The notes beneath the pieces were generated by a model. That model worked only from the letters and a program-made list of their open reading frames with translations. It was not told the DNA's origin and did not search any database. A program made the translations under genes and the position numbers. Below, one piece after another: positions 50,975 through 61,007 of a DNA stretch of 64,000 bases (the first letter of the stretch is position 1; every line of letters starts with the position of its first letter). Origin of the DNA: Roseburia sp. (GTDB taxonomy: Bacteria > Bacillota > Clostridia > Lachnospirales > Lachnospiraceae). The DNA is taken from NCBI GenBank assembly GCA_017549185.1, contig JAFYVJ010000076.1, forward strand, positions 25,048-89,047, read 5' to 3'.

Positions 50975-51025
50975 GTAACTATTCAGAGTATCATTCACAA
51001 AACCGCTTTGACTTTGAATAGCTAC
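50975..51025. repeat. Intergenic palindromic element (GTAACTATTCAG family, short copy)
   Basis: GTAACTATTCAGAGT ... ACTTTGAATAGCTAC. Confidence 0.7.
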
Positions 51026-51070
51026 ATTATATTTAAAAACTGCTTTAAATGCAATCTTTTCCCAATTTAT

Positions 51071-51250
51071 TTACATCTGATGACGTACAACTGCGTACTC
51101 ATCATCCAACTGATAGTACGGGCAATCTCTGTAACCTCCCTGTATCATTCTTGCAAAATCATCCTCATCCATGTCCACTTCACAATAGTAGCACTCATCC
51201 TCTTCATCATATACGTTATAAACACAAGAATCACAATTTGCTTTCGCCAT
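51071..51250 (-). CDS. Small Cys-rich acidic protein (DUF6472-like)
   Basis: Hand translation MAKANCDSCVYNVYDEEDECYYCEVDMDEDDFARMIQGGYRDCPYYQLDDEYAVVRHQM*; RBS AAGGA. Confidence 0.75.
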   Translation of the reverse strand: MAKANCDSCVYNVYDEEDECYYCEVDMDEDDFARMIQGGYRDCPYYQLDDEYAVVRHQM

Positions 51251-51345
51251 TATGTAGTTCCTTTCTCATTGCTTTTTTTCTATATTTATGGTATCTTACA
51301 AAAGAATTTTACACGAATTTTCACATTTGTAAAGGAGAATCCATT

Positions 51346-51534
51346 ATGTCCATGTATGATAACTTACCAAAAGACCCAGTTATTTTATTAAGCTTCACCA
51401 ATACACAGCTTCGTGACACTTTTGAATCTTTAAGTGCCTTCTGTACAAATTTCCAGATTTCCGAAGAAGATATCTGTAATAAACTTGCCGCATTAGACTA
51501 TGCATACGATAAAAAAACAAACCAATTTATCTAA
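51346..51534 (+). CDS. Small protein, DUF4250-like
   Basis: RBS AAGGAG then MSMYDNLPKDPVILLSFTNTQLRD...KLAALDYAYDKKTNQFI. Confidence 0.8.
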   Translation: MSMYDNLPKDPVILLSFTNTQLRDTFESLSAFCTNFQISEEDICNKLAALDYAYDKKTNQFI

Positions 51535-51543
51535 CCCGTCTCT

Positions 51544-52527
51544 TTAATAGTTTGCCAAAATGTTCTGCAAGTACTCCGTGTATTCCTTGACAGTTTTTTC
51601 CGGACTTTGAATTTTGACCGTGCTTCCTAATCCTGTTAACCATCCAAAAAACTGTCGACTCACTGCCACATTAACACGCACTAAAATGTGTTCTTCGTCA
51701 AAATTTCTCATAGACACGTCATTTCCAAACCGATCAATAAATACACCGGTCATTTTTCTATCACATAGCAGTATCACCGTTTCTTCTTCTCCGGCAAACA
51801 TACCAAATGTTTTTCTGGAATATCCTGCTATGTCAAAGTTCTCAAACACTTCTTTCCCCTGTCTGCTCTGCTCTGCCAAAGAAATATTTAACATCTTATC
51901 CACACGATAATGCTTTATCATATTACTTTCATCATCATATGCTATCAAATAGTAATTATCGTCATCCCAAGTCAATAACCACGGACTAACCGTATAATAT
52001 TTTCCATCATGCCGTGCTATCATTTCTTTTTTTACATTCCAATCAAAATATAAAAATTGAATTTTCACATTTTCTGCAATAGCAGAATAAATCTGATCTA
52101 CATTATAATAAATATTCTCATTGACTGCTTTGGCACGATTCGTCACTACCACCTGACGATGAAGCTGTCTGGCTTCTCTTTTACTACACAATGTCTCTAG
52201 TTTTCCAATTAATTCTCTGGACTTTTTACTGGTAATAAACTTAGACGATTGAACTGCATCTACCAAAAGTTTTAACTCTGCCAATTCAAACTGGCGACTG
52301 ACAAGCTGATAACCTGCCGGACGTTCCTTTACTTTCACAATATCCATCCCAAAGTCAACCAATGTATCGATATCATCATAAATACTTTTCCGCTCTGCTA
52401 AAATTCCTTGTACTGCAAGATAATCGATAATCTCCTGTGTGGTTACGATATGAGCATCGTCTGTTTTTTCCATTAATAATTGTATAATATAAAGCAACTT
52501 CTGCTTTTGTTTTTCTGATTTCGGCAT
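51544..52527 (-). CDS. WYL-domain transcriptional regulator (wHTH-WYL-WCX)
   Basis: ERKSIYDDIDTL HTH, VSPWLL...YYLIAY...HYRVDKM. Confidence 0.9.
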   Translation of the reverse strand: MPKSEKQKQKLLYIIQLLMEKTDDAHIVTTQEIIDYLAVQGILAERKSIYDDIDTLVDFGMDIVKVKERPAGYQLVSRQFELAELKLLVDAVQSSKFITSKKSRELIGKLETLCSKREARQLHRQVVVTNRAKAVNENIYYNVDQIYSAIAENVKIQFLYFDWNVKKEMIARHDGKYYTVSPWLLTWDDDNYYLIAYDDESNMIKHYRVDKMLNISLAEQSRQGKEVFENFDIAGYSRKTFGMFAGEEETVILLCDRKMTGVFIDRFGNDVSMRNFDEEHILVRVNVAVSRQFFGWLTGLGSTVKIQSPEKTVKEYTEYLQNILANY

Positions 52528-52559
52528 AGCCCCTCCATCCTCTTATGATATATAACCGG

Positions 52560-52651
52560 TAAAATCCCCCGACCACTGCCGAGGGATTTTTGAGGAGTTT
52601 AGTTATGAAAATGTTATGTTTATCAAAGTAGAATTATTATCTTCCTTCGAT
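52560..52651 (-). ncRNA. Candidate sRNA B (hairpin - TTTTCATAA...CTCCTC - terminator)
   Basis: -10 TATACT at 52663-52658; 5' stem ATCGAAG/CTTTGAT; terminator AAAATCCCTCGG...TCGGGGGATTTT. Confidence 0.45.
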
Positions 52652-52756
52652 GAATTTAGTATACAAAAGAAATGTGTCCGAATTATGTCGATTTACAAAA
52701 AAAACTCTTAAAAAACCTATTCTTCATTTAAGAAATCTTTAAGATTTGCAGACATT

Positions 52757-53539
52757 TTATTCATAATTTAATAACTCTACACAAAGTTTCAATAACTTTT
52801 CTTCTTTTGCACTGTTTTCAAATATTACTTTTCCTGTTTCTTCTGACAGGCTCAAAAGTCTCCGCTCTTCTAACTGACGTCTGGTTTCTCTGGCAGTCCC
52901 TTCTCCACCATCAAAAAGCACCACTCCGTCACCTAATACTTTTTTTATCATCTTCCGTACAAATGGATAATGTGTACACCCTAAAACTACTGCATCCACT
53001 TTCTCATATGGTGCAAACAAGTTATACAAATACTGTTCTAATGCTTCACTTTGTAGTTCTCCTCGTTCTACAAATTCCATTAAGCCAGGGCATGGAAGCG
53101 GCATAATCTCCGCCTTCTCCTCAAAGCGCTGCATCAAACACCTAAATTTCTCCTCACGTAAAGTCATCGGAGTAGCCATAACCAATACCGTAGGATGTTC
53201 TGCGGATAGTACCGCTGGTTTTAATGCCGGCTCGATTCCAATTACCGGTATATCGGTATAACGTTTACGAAGAAGCCCTATCCCTGCACTAGTAGCCGTA
53301 TTACATGCCACTACCAAAGCTTTTATTCCCTTACTATATAAATATTCTGCATCATTGCTCACCAATTCCACTACCTGGTCCAATGTTTTGGTACCGTATG
53401 GTGCATTTGCGGAATCTCCAAGATATATATAATTTTCATTCGGCATAAGTCTGACTAACTCGCGTAAGATACTGATGCCCCCAACTCCCGAATCAAATAC
53501 GCCAATCGGAAGTGCTGTTTTTTCTATGATAGTTCCCAA
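52757..53539 (-). CDS. murI: Glutamate racemase
   Basis: FDSGVGG, APYG, VACNTAT, VLGCTHY. Confidence 0.96.
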   Translation of the reverse strand: MGTIIEKTALPIGVFDSGVGGISILRELVRLMPNENYIYLGDSANAPYGTKTLDQVVELVSNDAEYLYSKGIKALVVACNTATSAGIGLLRKRYTDIPVIGIEPALKPAVLSAEHPTVLVMATPMTLREEKFRCLMQRFEEKAEIMPLPCPGLMEFVERGELQSEALEQYLYNLFAPYEKVDAVVLGCTHYPFVRKMIKKVLGDGVVLFDGGEGTARETRRQLEERRLLSLSEETGKVIFENSAKEEKLLKLCVELLNYE

Positions 53540-55782
53540 CTCACTTTACTTCCTTTATCCGAACGTGTCACCACAAGCTTGCGGTCGATTTGTTCTTTTA
53601 ATTCTGTCACATGCGAAATAATTCCAACCATACGTTTTCCGCCAGTCAATTGCTGTAATACCTCAATCGCCTGATTTCTTGAATCTGCATCCAGTGAACC
53701 AAAACCTTCATCAATAAAAAGCATATCCATCTGTATACCACCGGCATTTTTACCTACAATATCAGAAAGTCCTAACGCCATTGACAAAGCTGCCATAAAA
53801 GATTCTCCACCGGATAATGTTTTCACATCTCGTTCACTGTCTGTTACCAAACTATAAACGGATAAATCCAAACCTTCGTTGGAACGTTTTCCTACATCAC
53901 TTTCTTCCTTTAACTTTAGCATAAACTGCTGACCGCTCATCGTCAATAGGCGTTTGTTTGCTTCATGAATAATTTGTTTAAAATATTGCCGTTGAATGTA
54001 AGTTTCAAAATCAATTTTCGCTGAACCAGACAATCTGCCGCTAGCCGTACGATACAGACTCTTCACCACTTGATCTTCGTCATTTAAACGAGTTCCCACA
54101 GTTTGATAGTTTCTACTATTTTCTAAAACCGCCCTGTTTGTCTGACAGGCTGCATGTAGCTGTAATTTACGGCGTTCCAACTGCTTTACTTTTGCCGTCA
54201 CATCTTTAAGCTTTGTCTTTAATTCTATCGTTTCTTGTTTTTCCTTGCCCTTTAAGGCTTTCTCCCAAGTCACTAACTGTCCTGATACAAGAGAACATTT
54301 TTCCTGATACTCTCTGCTCTCCCGCTCCAATTTTTCCCTACTTCGCTCAGGCAGATATGCCCGCTTGTAATCTTCCTCATTTTCAAAAAAAGACTCTCGT
54401 AATTGTTTTTCATATGCTTCCTGTGCCTGAACCAGGCCCTTTTGGCAGGCCTTGTTTTTTTCCTGTTCCTGCTTTAGCTGTCCCCTGCACATCTGCAATT
54501 CTTTCTGTGCACTTTCCAACTGTTCTGTACTCTTTGCCAGCTTTGCTTTCGCACGATTTAATTCATTTTCCAATTCACTTATTTGATGTATGATATCCCC
54601 TTTTGCCAACGCAGGATGTTCCTTCGAACCACAAACCGGACATGGTTCATTTTCTTTTAACCCCATAGCTAACAATCCGGCCTGTTGTTCAATCAACATT
54701 TTATAGTAAGCATCCTGTTGCATCTCTAAAGCAGCTCCTGCTTGATTGCGTTTTTCTTCCCAACTCTTCAAAGCAGATTCCAACTTTTTAATAAGTTTTA
54801 AAGACTGCTCCTGATTATGCATTGTATCGATATATTTTTCTTCAAAACTTTTTATTTTTTCTGCCCTCTTTGCCTCTGCAATGCGTTGCACTCTAAGTTT
54901 TTCTTCCTCTACTTTTTCTTCCAATTCTTGCTGCATACGCTTCATCCGCTCAAACTGCTCAAACTGTCGGTTTACCTCTTCCATACTGAATAATACAACT
55001 GACAAACGTTTCTCTTCTTCTTTGTAAGCCGCAAGTTCTTCATCTACTTCCTTTTTTCTCAAAGCAATTTGCTCAATCAGTTCTTCCAGCACTACTTCCC
55101 CTTCGAACACTTCCTTCATCTCCTCCGGAATAGTGATTCTCGCTTGTTCCTGAGCATAAGCCCTTTTATTTTCTTCTATCTGATTATCCAAATGTATGGA
55201 ACGATATTTTAACCGTTCCTGAATTCTCCAGTATTTATCCGTCTGAAAGAGCTTCGAAAAAATCTTTTTTCTCTCATCCGATTTCGTATATAAAAGCTTT
55301 AAAAAATCTCCTTGAGCAATCATCACAATCTGTGTAAACTGCTCCACAGAAAGCCCCAAAATCTCCTCTATCTTTGCGTCCGTTGCTGCTTTTTTCTCTG
55401 GAAACAAATTCCCATCCGGCATTATCAGTTCTACATTCGACGCCACCTTCTGTAACTTTACTGTACCATTTTTTAACGTTTTCTCTATTTGGTACTCAGG
55501 ATTTCTACGTACCTGATATTCCTGTTCCTGATATAAAAAAGTAAGTTCTACAAAAGTTTCAGTAGAAGGAGACGCATACTGACTTCGCATCATATTACCA
55601 CTTCGTTCTCCACCACTGGTCTGCCCATAAAGTGCATAGGTAATCGCATCAAATATTGTTGTTTTTCCGGCTCCAGTATTGCCTGTAATCAGAAAAATCC
55701 CCTGCTGCGTTCCATCAAAACCAATCTCCGTTCTTCCAGCATAAGAACCAAACGCAGAAATCGTTAACTGTATCGGCTTCAT
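53524..55782 (-). CDS. sbcC: SbcC (Rad50-like SMC ATPase)
   Basis: GNTGAGKT, IAQGDF, CPVC zinc hook, LSGGESF, FIDEGFGSLD. Confidence 0.9.
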   Translation of the reverse strand: MKPIQLTISAFGSYAGRTEIGFDGTQQGIFLITGNTGAGKTTIFDAITYALYGQTSGGERSGNMMRSQYASPSTETFVELTFLYQEQEYQVRRNPEYQIEKTLKNGTVKLQKVASNVELIMPDGNLFPEKKAATDAKIEEILGLSVEQFTQIVMIAQGDFLKLLYTKSDERKKIFSKLFQTDKYWRIQERLKYRSIHLDNQIEENKRAYAQEQARITIPEEMKEVFEGEVVLEELIEQIALRKKEVDEELAAYKEEEKRLSVVLFSMEEVNRQFEQFERMKRMQQELEEKVEEEKLRVQRIAEAKRAEKIKSFEEKYIDTMHNQEQSLKLIKKLESALKSWEEKRNQAGAALEMQQDAYYKMLIEQQAGLLAMGLKENEPCPVCGSKEHPALAKGDIIHQISELENELNRAKAKLAKSTEQLESAQKELQMCRGQLKQEQEKNKACQKGLVQAQEAYEKQLRESFFENEEDYKRAYLPERSREKLERESREYQEKCSLVSGQLVTWEKALKGKEKQETIELKTKLKDVTAKVKQLERRKLQLHAACQTNRAVLENSRNYQTVGTRLNDEDQVVKSLYRTASGRLSGSAKIDFETYIQRQYFKQIIHEANKRLLTMSGQQFMLKLKEESDVGKRSNEGLDLSVYSLVTDSERDVKTLSGGESFMAALSMALGLSDIVGKNAGGIQMDMLFIDEGFGSLDADSRNQAIEVLQQLTGGKRMVGIISHVTELKEQIDRKLVVTRSDKGSKVSWELS

Positions 55783-56939
55783 TCCATGTCACCGCCTTCC
55801 TGCAATACCTCTTTTAACAATGTATCTTCTACCTCCGTCATCTCTCTTCCGTTTAATTCTAAGAAGAAATTGCAAAATGCTTCGTATGGTGCAAGATTTT
55901 CCGTCTCGATATCACCTAATTCTAAAAGTTTTCTGGTTCGGGCATTGTCAATTTTTATCTCCAAAATATGGTCATAATTTTTTTCTAAGAGCTCTCTTGG
56001 CCGACTTGCCTCCACTTCATCTGTTAACGTAATACTTACATAATCATGACATACTTCTCCCATAGTTAATGCAAGTATCTCTTCTATCGTACCTCTCAGT
56101 TTCCGAACCCGACGTGGCAATCTCAATGGTAATCTCGTAATAACCGGTTCCACCCCTTTTTCTCCCAGTTCTACTAAAATTATCGTCTTTTCATCCTCCG
56201 CTTCACTAATCGAATAAGGAAAAATCGTACCACAATAATAATTTTTCTCTGAACCAATTTTTTGTGAACGATGAATATGACCAAGCGCAGCATAATCAAA
56301 CACTTCTAGCACTCCTACATCCACATTATCAATGCCACCTACTACATGTACTTCCGAATCACTAGTTACAGGCACCTCTCCGCCACCTGCAAAAAACTGA
56401 TGACTCACGAGAACATTTCTTTTTGTGACATCAATATCTTCGCGTTCTAATAAACGTCGCACAGCATCAGAAAAGCTCAAACTTTCTTCAGGAAATATTT
56501 TTTTCAAATACGCAGGTTTTACAAAAGGAAGCAGGTAGAACATCACCTCTCCGTATGCATCTTGTAAACTCACTGTTTTCACTCGTTCTTCCTGCAATAA
56601 CGGGGGCATCCCAACAATATGAATAGCATGTTTGGCCAAAATCTCTCTCGCATAATCCAAACGCCTTGCACTATCATGATTGCCAGCAATCAGACAAATT
56701 GTCAGTTGCTGTTTTAACCCATCCAATTCCGTAAGAAACTCATCAAATACAGATATAGCCTCTGCTGAAGGCACCGGCGTATCATAAATATCACCTGCAA
56801 TCAACACCGCCTCCGGCTTCTCCTTTTTCACATGTTCCACCACTTGCTGTAACATCGCACGCTGCTCTTCTAACAAGCTATAGTGATGCAGTTGTTTTCC
56901 TATGTGTAAATCTGATAAATGAATAAATCTCATATACAT
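55779..56939 (-). CDS. sbcD: SbcD (Mre11-like) nuclease
   Basis: HLSDLHIG, AGDIYD, GNHDS, SHQF, LGHIH. Confidence 0.93.
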   Translation of the reverse strand: MYMRFIHLSDLHIGKQLHHYSLLEEQRAMLQQVVEHVKKEKPEAVLIAGDIYDTPVPSAEAISVFDEFLTELDGLKQQLTICLIAGNHDSARRLDYAREILAKHAIHIVGMPPLLQEERVKTVSLQDAYGEVMFYLLPFVKPAYLKKIFPEESLSFSDAVRRLLEREDIDVTKRNVLVSHQFFAGGGEVPVTSDSEVHVVGGIDNVDVGVLEVFDYAALGHIHRSQKIGSEKNYYCGTIFPYSISEAEDEKTIILVELGEKGVEPVITRLPLRLPRRVRKLRGTIEEILALTMGEVCHDYVSITLTDEVEASRPRELLEKNYDHILEIKIDNARTRKLLELGDIETENLAPYEAFCNFFLELNGREMTEVEDTLLKEVLQEGGDME

Positions 56940-57074
56940 CCTTCTCCACTTTTCGTTCTCGACTCATTTTTTCATCATCTGTACAGTAAATGCACAGACC
57001 TACCAAATATAAGGATTTTGTCATTATAACATGAACCGTATAAACACAAAATAGATTTTCTATAATTTTTTCCC

Positions 57075-57103
57075 TTGACAAAGCATACTCTTTCATGTAG
57101 AAT
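57075..57103 (+). promoter_or_regulatory. sigma-A promoter of tRNA-Phe
   Basis: TTGACA-17 nt-TAGAAT. Confidence 0.8.
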
Positions 57104-57124
57104 TTATTTTGTTGTAAAACAACT

Positions 57125-57197
57125 GCCCAGTTAGCTCAGTTGGTAGAGCAAGGGACTGAAAATCCCTGTGTCTCTGGTTCGATTCCGGAACTGGGCA
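57125..57197 (+). tRNA. tRNA-Phe (GAA)
   Basis: GCCCAGT/ACTGGGC acceptor stem, AGGGA-CTGAAAA-TCCCT anticodon arm, GGTTCGATTCC T arm. Confidence 0.96.
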
Positions 57198-57207
57198 TTT
57201 TTTATTT

Positions 57208-57258
57208 GTAACTATTCAGAGCCAAGGCGATTTTGCGAATGGTATTCTGAATAGTTAT
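57208..57258. repeat. Intergenic palindromic element, internally deleted derivative of 12280-12433
   Basis: GTAACTATTCAGAGCCAAGGC joined to GATTTTGCGAATGGT..CTGAATAGTTAT. Confidence 0.8.
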
Positions 57259-57267
57259 TTTTATTTT

Positions 57268-57308
57268 AAAAAGGAAAGATTCTTCTTACGAAAAATCTTT
57301 CCTTTTTC
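57268..57308. terminator. Bidirectional terminator between tRNA-Phe and the MCP gene
   Basis: AAAAAGGAAAGATT...AATCTTTCCTTTTT. Confidence 0.7.
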
Positions 57309-57318
57309 ATTTTGCTAC

Positions 57319-59052
57319 TTATATTTTAAATCGATTCACTTCCAGATTTAATTGCTCTGCCACACCCCTATTAGCATCTGCTTCACTTCCTATATCTGAT
57401 ACCCTAGACGTTAAATCACAAGAAGTCTCAGCCACACTACTAACACCTCTAGTGCTTTCTTCTACAGCAATATTCACTGCTTCAATCGCATCTTTGATGC
57501 TATCAATACTCTCTCTCAACTGACCACTTTCCGTCGCAAAACTCTGCATCATACCGTTCATATCACTAACATTTTTGCGATATTCTTCACTTGTCACTAA
57601 TAACTTCTCGTATCCTGTCATCGCAGTCTCTTCCATGAAGTTAACCATGAATTCTGCCTCTTGTGCCAATTCGTTTACCGCGGAGATAACCTCTGCACTT
57701 ACACGGCGTATTTCTCCAGCCGCAGCTGCAGAATTAGAAGCCAATTTTCCGATTTCATCTGCAACAACAGCAAAACCACGTCCTGCTTCACCTGCTCTTG
57801 CAGCCTCAATACTAGCATTTAATGCAAGTAAATTCGTCTGATCCGTGATATTAATAATCTCCGCAGTAAGCTCACTGATTTCTTCAACTGCTTTAGAACG
57901 CTCAATTTTCTCATTAACAGTTTCCGCCATCTTCAATGCCTGTTCTTTTGCATTTTTCTGCTGTTCTACTGCTTCCTGATAAATATGGACTGCTTCTTGC
58001 ATCACGCTATTAGAATTTATACTTCCTTCATTCGCACTAGCCGCAATAGAATCCACTGCTCCGGTTACCTGGAACACCGCTTCATTAATCTGATTTAAAG
58101 AAGCATTTGTCTCTTCCATGGCAGCACTCATTTCTTCCATAGTTGCTGACACATCAGCAATATTCATCTCTGCACTCATAAGATTATCTGCTATTATCTT
58201 GGACGAACTATTCAGCTGTACAGAATTTACTGCAATATTCTTCATAATACTTCGAATATATTCAAGCAATGCGTTAATATTCTTTGCAATCAATTCCATC
58301 TCATCACCAGAATGGATATCCAATTTCTGTGTCAAATCACCTTCATTATTAACCAAATCAAAAACCTTCTGATTTACAATATGTAAACCTTTTGTGACCG
58401 CATTGATGATAAGGCTTAAAAGAACAATCGATCCCACCATACTAATCGCCGCCATTGTCATCACGCGCTGGACATTTGAATTCAAACGTTCTACAACACC
58501 TGACGCATCATAATCACTTCCTAATATCGCCACAACCTGTCCATTACTGTCATAAATTGGACGATATGCAGAAATCAAATCTCCATACTCAGTCTCATCT
58601 ATATAGTCCTGTACATAGTTCTCTCCTTCAAATACACCACGTAATTCCTCATAAGAACTGTCAAATTCTTCGCCTATCACACATTGCTCTTCGGAATCAT
58701 CAGTATCTACACCATAGTACACATTTACACCATCTGTATACAATGTATATAAATATTTAATCCCACACGTTTCGCGAATACTACGTAGACTCTTTAATAC
58801 CGCTTCATAATTCGCCGTACCTTCATCGCCTGGTTGCAATCCCGAAATCTTATCTCCGTCCACTGCCATAGCCGCAACGGTAGCTGACATCTCTGCTTGC
58901 TCTACGCCCATAGCGATCATTCCATTACTAATCTGAAGATAAGAATTCACTCCTAAACTCGTACAAGTCGCTAAAATCACCAAAACTACCGGGATTAGAA
59001 TCTTCAGTTTTATTCCCATTCTCCTTGTCTTTTGCTTCATATTTATCCTCAC
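57319..59052 (-). CDS. Methyl-accepting chemotaxis protein (Cache-like sensor, HAMP)
   Basis: Two TM segments, [41 protein letters not shown]. Confidence 0.95.
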   Translation of the reverse strand: MRINMKQKTRRMGIKLKILIPVVLVILATCTSLGVNSYLQISNGMIAMGVEQAEMSATVAAMAVDGDKISGLQPGDEGTANYEAVLKSLRSIRETCGIKYLYTLYTDGVNVYYGVDTDDSEEQCVIGEEFDSSYEELRGVFEGENYVQDYIDETEYGDLISAYRPIYDSNGQVVAILGSDYDASGVVERLNSNVQRVMTMAAISMVGSIVLLSLIINAVTKGLHIVNQKVFDLVNNEGDLTQKLDIHSGDEMELIAKNINALLEYIRSIMKNIAVNSVQLNSSSKIIADNLMSAEMNIADVSATMEEMSAAMEETNASLNQINEAVFQVTGAVDSIAASANEGSINSNSVMQEAVHIYQEAVEQQKNAKEQALKMAETVNEKIERSKAVEEISELTAEIINITDQTNLLALNASIEAARAGEAGRGFAVVADEIGKLASNSAAAAGEIRRVSAEVISAVNELAQEAEFMVNFMEETAMTGYEKLLVTSEEYRKNVSDMNGMMQSFATESGQLRESIDSIKDAIEAVNIAVEESTRGVSSVAETSCDLTSRVSDIGSEADANRGVAEQLNLEVNRFKI

Positions 59053-59133
59053 TTTCTCTTCATTGTGCAGTTCTTTTCATATCCACTATTAATTAAGCAC
59101 AAATCAAATATATTATACACCAGACTTTTCAAT

Positions 59134-59170
59134 AAAAAAAGAAAAACATTGAAAAATCAATGTTTCTCTT
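59134..59170 (-). terminator. Terminator following the tRNA 3' fragment
   Basis: AAACATTGA-AAAA-TCAATGTTT with a U-tract on the minus strand. Confidence 0.6.
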
Positions 59171-59172
59171 AA

Positions 59173-59195
59173 TGCCGGCGACCGGAATCGAACCG
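59173..59195 (-). other. att site: duplicated tRNA 3' end (probably tRNA-Leu)
   Basis: Minus strand CGGTTCGATTCCGGTCGCCGGCA is a T arm plus acceptor 3' strand only; no anticodon or D arm upstream. Confidence 0.75.
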
Positions 59196-59268
59196 CTCGC
59201 CGACATTGAAAATACTGAAAGAAAGGGGCTTTGAGAACATCGCTAAACTTTAAAGGCCCAGTAGGGGT

Positions 59269-59613
59269 TCAAATAAAACTCATTATCAACGTTATAGTAG
59301 CAATCACTACCGTGATAATTGTAGTCGCAATCGTAAAAGTTTTATTTGCTTTTCTTTCCAAATATTCATTTCCTTTTTCAGTTAACATAAATTGGCTTTT
59401 ACACGATGTTGCTCTATCATCCTCAAAATGCTCTATAGTAAACATTTCCTCAAAGCCATCATCTCGCTCACTCGGATAACCGATATATTCTATAAGCCGC
59501 GCATAATCTGATGTATTTCGTTTAGCCACTTTAAGAATTTTACATAACTCAGGTGATGTAAGAATTCCGTATTTTTTCAATGTCTTTAAAAACTTCAATC
59601 TTTGTCTGTTCAT
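59269..59613 (-). CDS. Hypothetical protein, winged-helix-like N-terminus with C-terminal TM segment
   Basis: RBS AGGAG; FMLTEKGNEYLE wing/helix pattern; hydrophobic tail. Confidence 0.6.
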   Translation of the reverse strand: MNRQRLKFLKTLKKYGILTSPELCKILKVAKRNTSDYARLIEYIGYPSERDDGFEEMFTIEHFEDDRATSCKSQFMLTEKGNEYLERKANKTFTIATTIITVVIATITLIMSFI

Positions 59614-59770
59614 CTCTGTTTTACTCCTATAACGTTTATTTAGTCTTTACTCTTTATCAACATGTTATATAAGTTTAACACCATACATCCTCTAAATCGA
59701 CACGAAACTCTACATATCTAATTCAAATCAGAAAGTCTATTTACCCAAAGGCATAAAAATTTGCGCCCTC

Positions 59771-60970
59771 TTATAGCATACTTCTTAATTTGTTTTTTAA
59801 CTCTTCTAATTCATCAATTTCAATATCTGGATTATCAATTTCTATCTGCTCAAGCAATTCTATTTTTCTCTCAATATCCGAAATAGTATTTTCTTTTAAT
59901 CTCATAATCAAATCTATACGTTCGTTATCATGCACAATAATTTGTCGTATATATTCCTCTCGTAAACCAACAAAGTCAACAATTTCCATAATCTTATTCT
60001 TATCTTGCTTTACATAACTATATAAATCAGAATAATATTCCACACTAAATGGGTCCTTCTGAATACAATCTATGTATGCATTAATCAACTTCTCATAATT
60101 TTGCGTGGTTTTATTCTTTTGATACATTTTTTTATAATTTTCTAATCTAGCATCTTCTCTATCTGTATGTGCGTCAATTTCTCCCCATACACCTTCTTCC
60201 TCAAAAACATCCCATAATGAACTAAAAATTTCAGAATTATAAAAATATACAATATTATATGCAAAGTAATCCAAGCAACACTCATCATAAATTTTATCTT
60301 TTAATTTATTGATTTTATTTCTATCTGCAACATTAATAATCGTATCGCCAATGCCTCTAACAATACCATTAGCAGCATTCATAGCACTAGCTTTAGCCAC
60401 TCCAGTTAATGCTCCTCTTATGCCAAATCCTCCACCACTCCAATAGCTCCTACTAGCTCTCTGTACATCACGCGTCTTTGAAATTTTATCAACTTCTCTT
60501 TGCAAGTTATCTGCTTTTAGATAAAATTCTTTAACAATTTCTGTAATACTATCCTCATATTCTTCCCCATCATCATCTTGTAAAACATCTACAAACTCTT
60601 CAGCCGTAATATAATCAACGCCATATTCAACCAATAAAGAAATAGCATAATCAATACCTATTTTTATTTCTTCTACTAAGTATGGAAGAAGCACATTATA
60701 TATAGAATTAAATGAATGAATTTTACTTTCATACATATCTTCAAATTCATCATATCTTTCTTCTGCCTTTTCAGTAATTTTTCTAAATACTTCAAAAATC
60801 TTGTCATACCTAGAATTATATTCTATTTTTCGACCGTATAATTCAAACTTAACACTATCACCATTATTTTCTTTTTTGCAACTGCTACTTTCTTTTATTT
60901 GCTTCACACCACATTTAATACAAAATACAGATTCATTAGGAATCTGTTCACCACATTTAAAACAAAACAT
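59771..60970 (-). CDS. Zinc-ribbon protein with central Gly/Ala-rich hydrophobic segment
   Basis: MFCFKCG...FCIKCG; WSGGGFGIRGALTGVAKASAMNAANGIVRGIG; RBS GGAGG. Confidence 0.75.
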   Translation of the reverse strand: MFCFKCGEQIPNESVFCIKCGVKQIKESSSCKKENNGDSVKFELYGRKIEYNSRYDKIFEVFRKITEKAEERYDEFEDMYESKIHSFNSIYNVLLPYLVEEIKIGIDYAISLLVEYGVDYITAEEFVDVLQDDDGEEYEDSITEIVKEFYLKADNLQREVDKISKTRDVQRASRSYWSGGGFGIRGALTGVAKASAMNAANGIVRGIGDTIINVADRNKINKLKDKIYDECCLDYFAYNIVYFYNSEIFSSLWDVFEEEGVWGEIDAHTDREDARLENYKKMYQKNKTTQNYEKLINAYIDCIQKDPFSVEYYSDLYSYVKQDKNKIMEIVDFVGLREEYIRQIIVHDNERIDLIMRLKENTISDIERKIELLEQIEIDNPDIEIDELEELKNKLRSML

Positions 60971-61007
60971 AAAAACCTCCCAATAATTATCATTATCTAT
61001 GCTTACA

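Noticed and set aside
50840-51391. ORFs 50840-51391 and the long N-terminus of 51049-51534
   Set aside because: They are shadow frames over the minus-strand DUF6472-like gene and the ftsH start. The real plus-strand gene starts at 51346 behind a clear RBS.
51544-52527. WYL regulator as a marker of a defence island
   Set aside because: Neighbours are housekeeping or small conserved genes (murI, sbcCD, ftsH) and no defence genes are adjacent.
59173-59195. A third tRNA gene
   Set aside because: Only the T arm and 3' acceptor strand are present and the upstream sequence cannot form D or anticodon arms, so it is treated as an att remnant.
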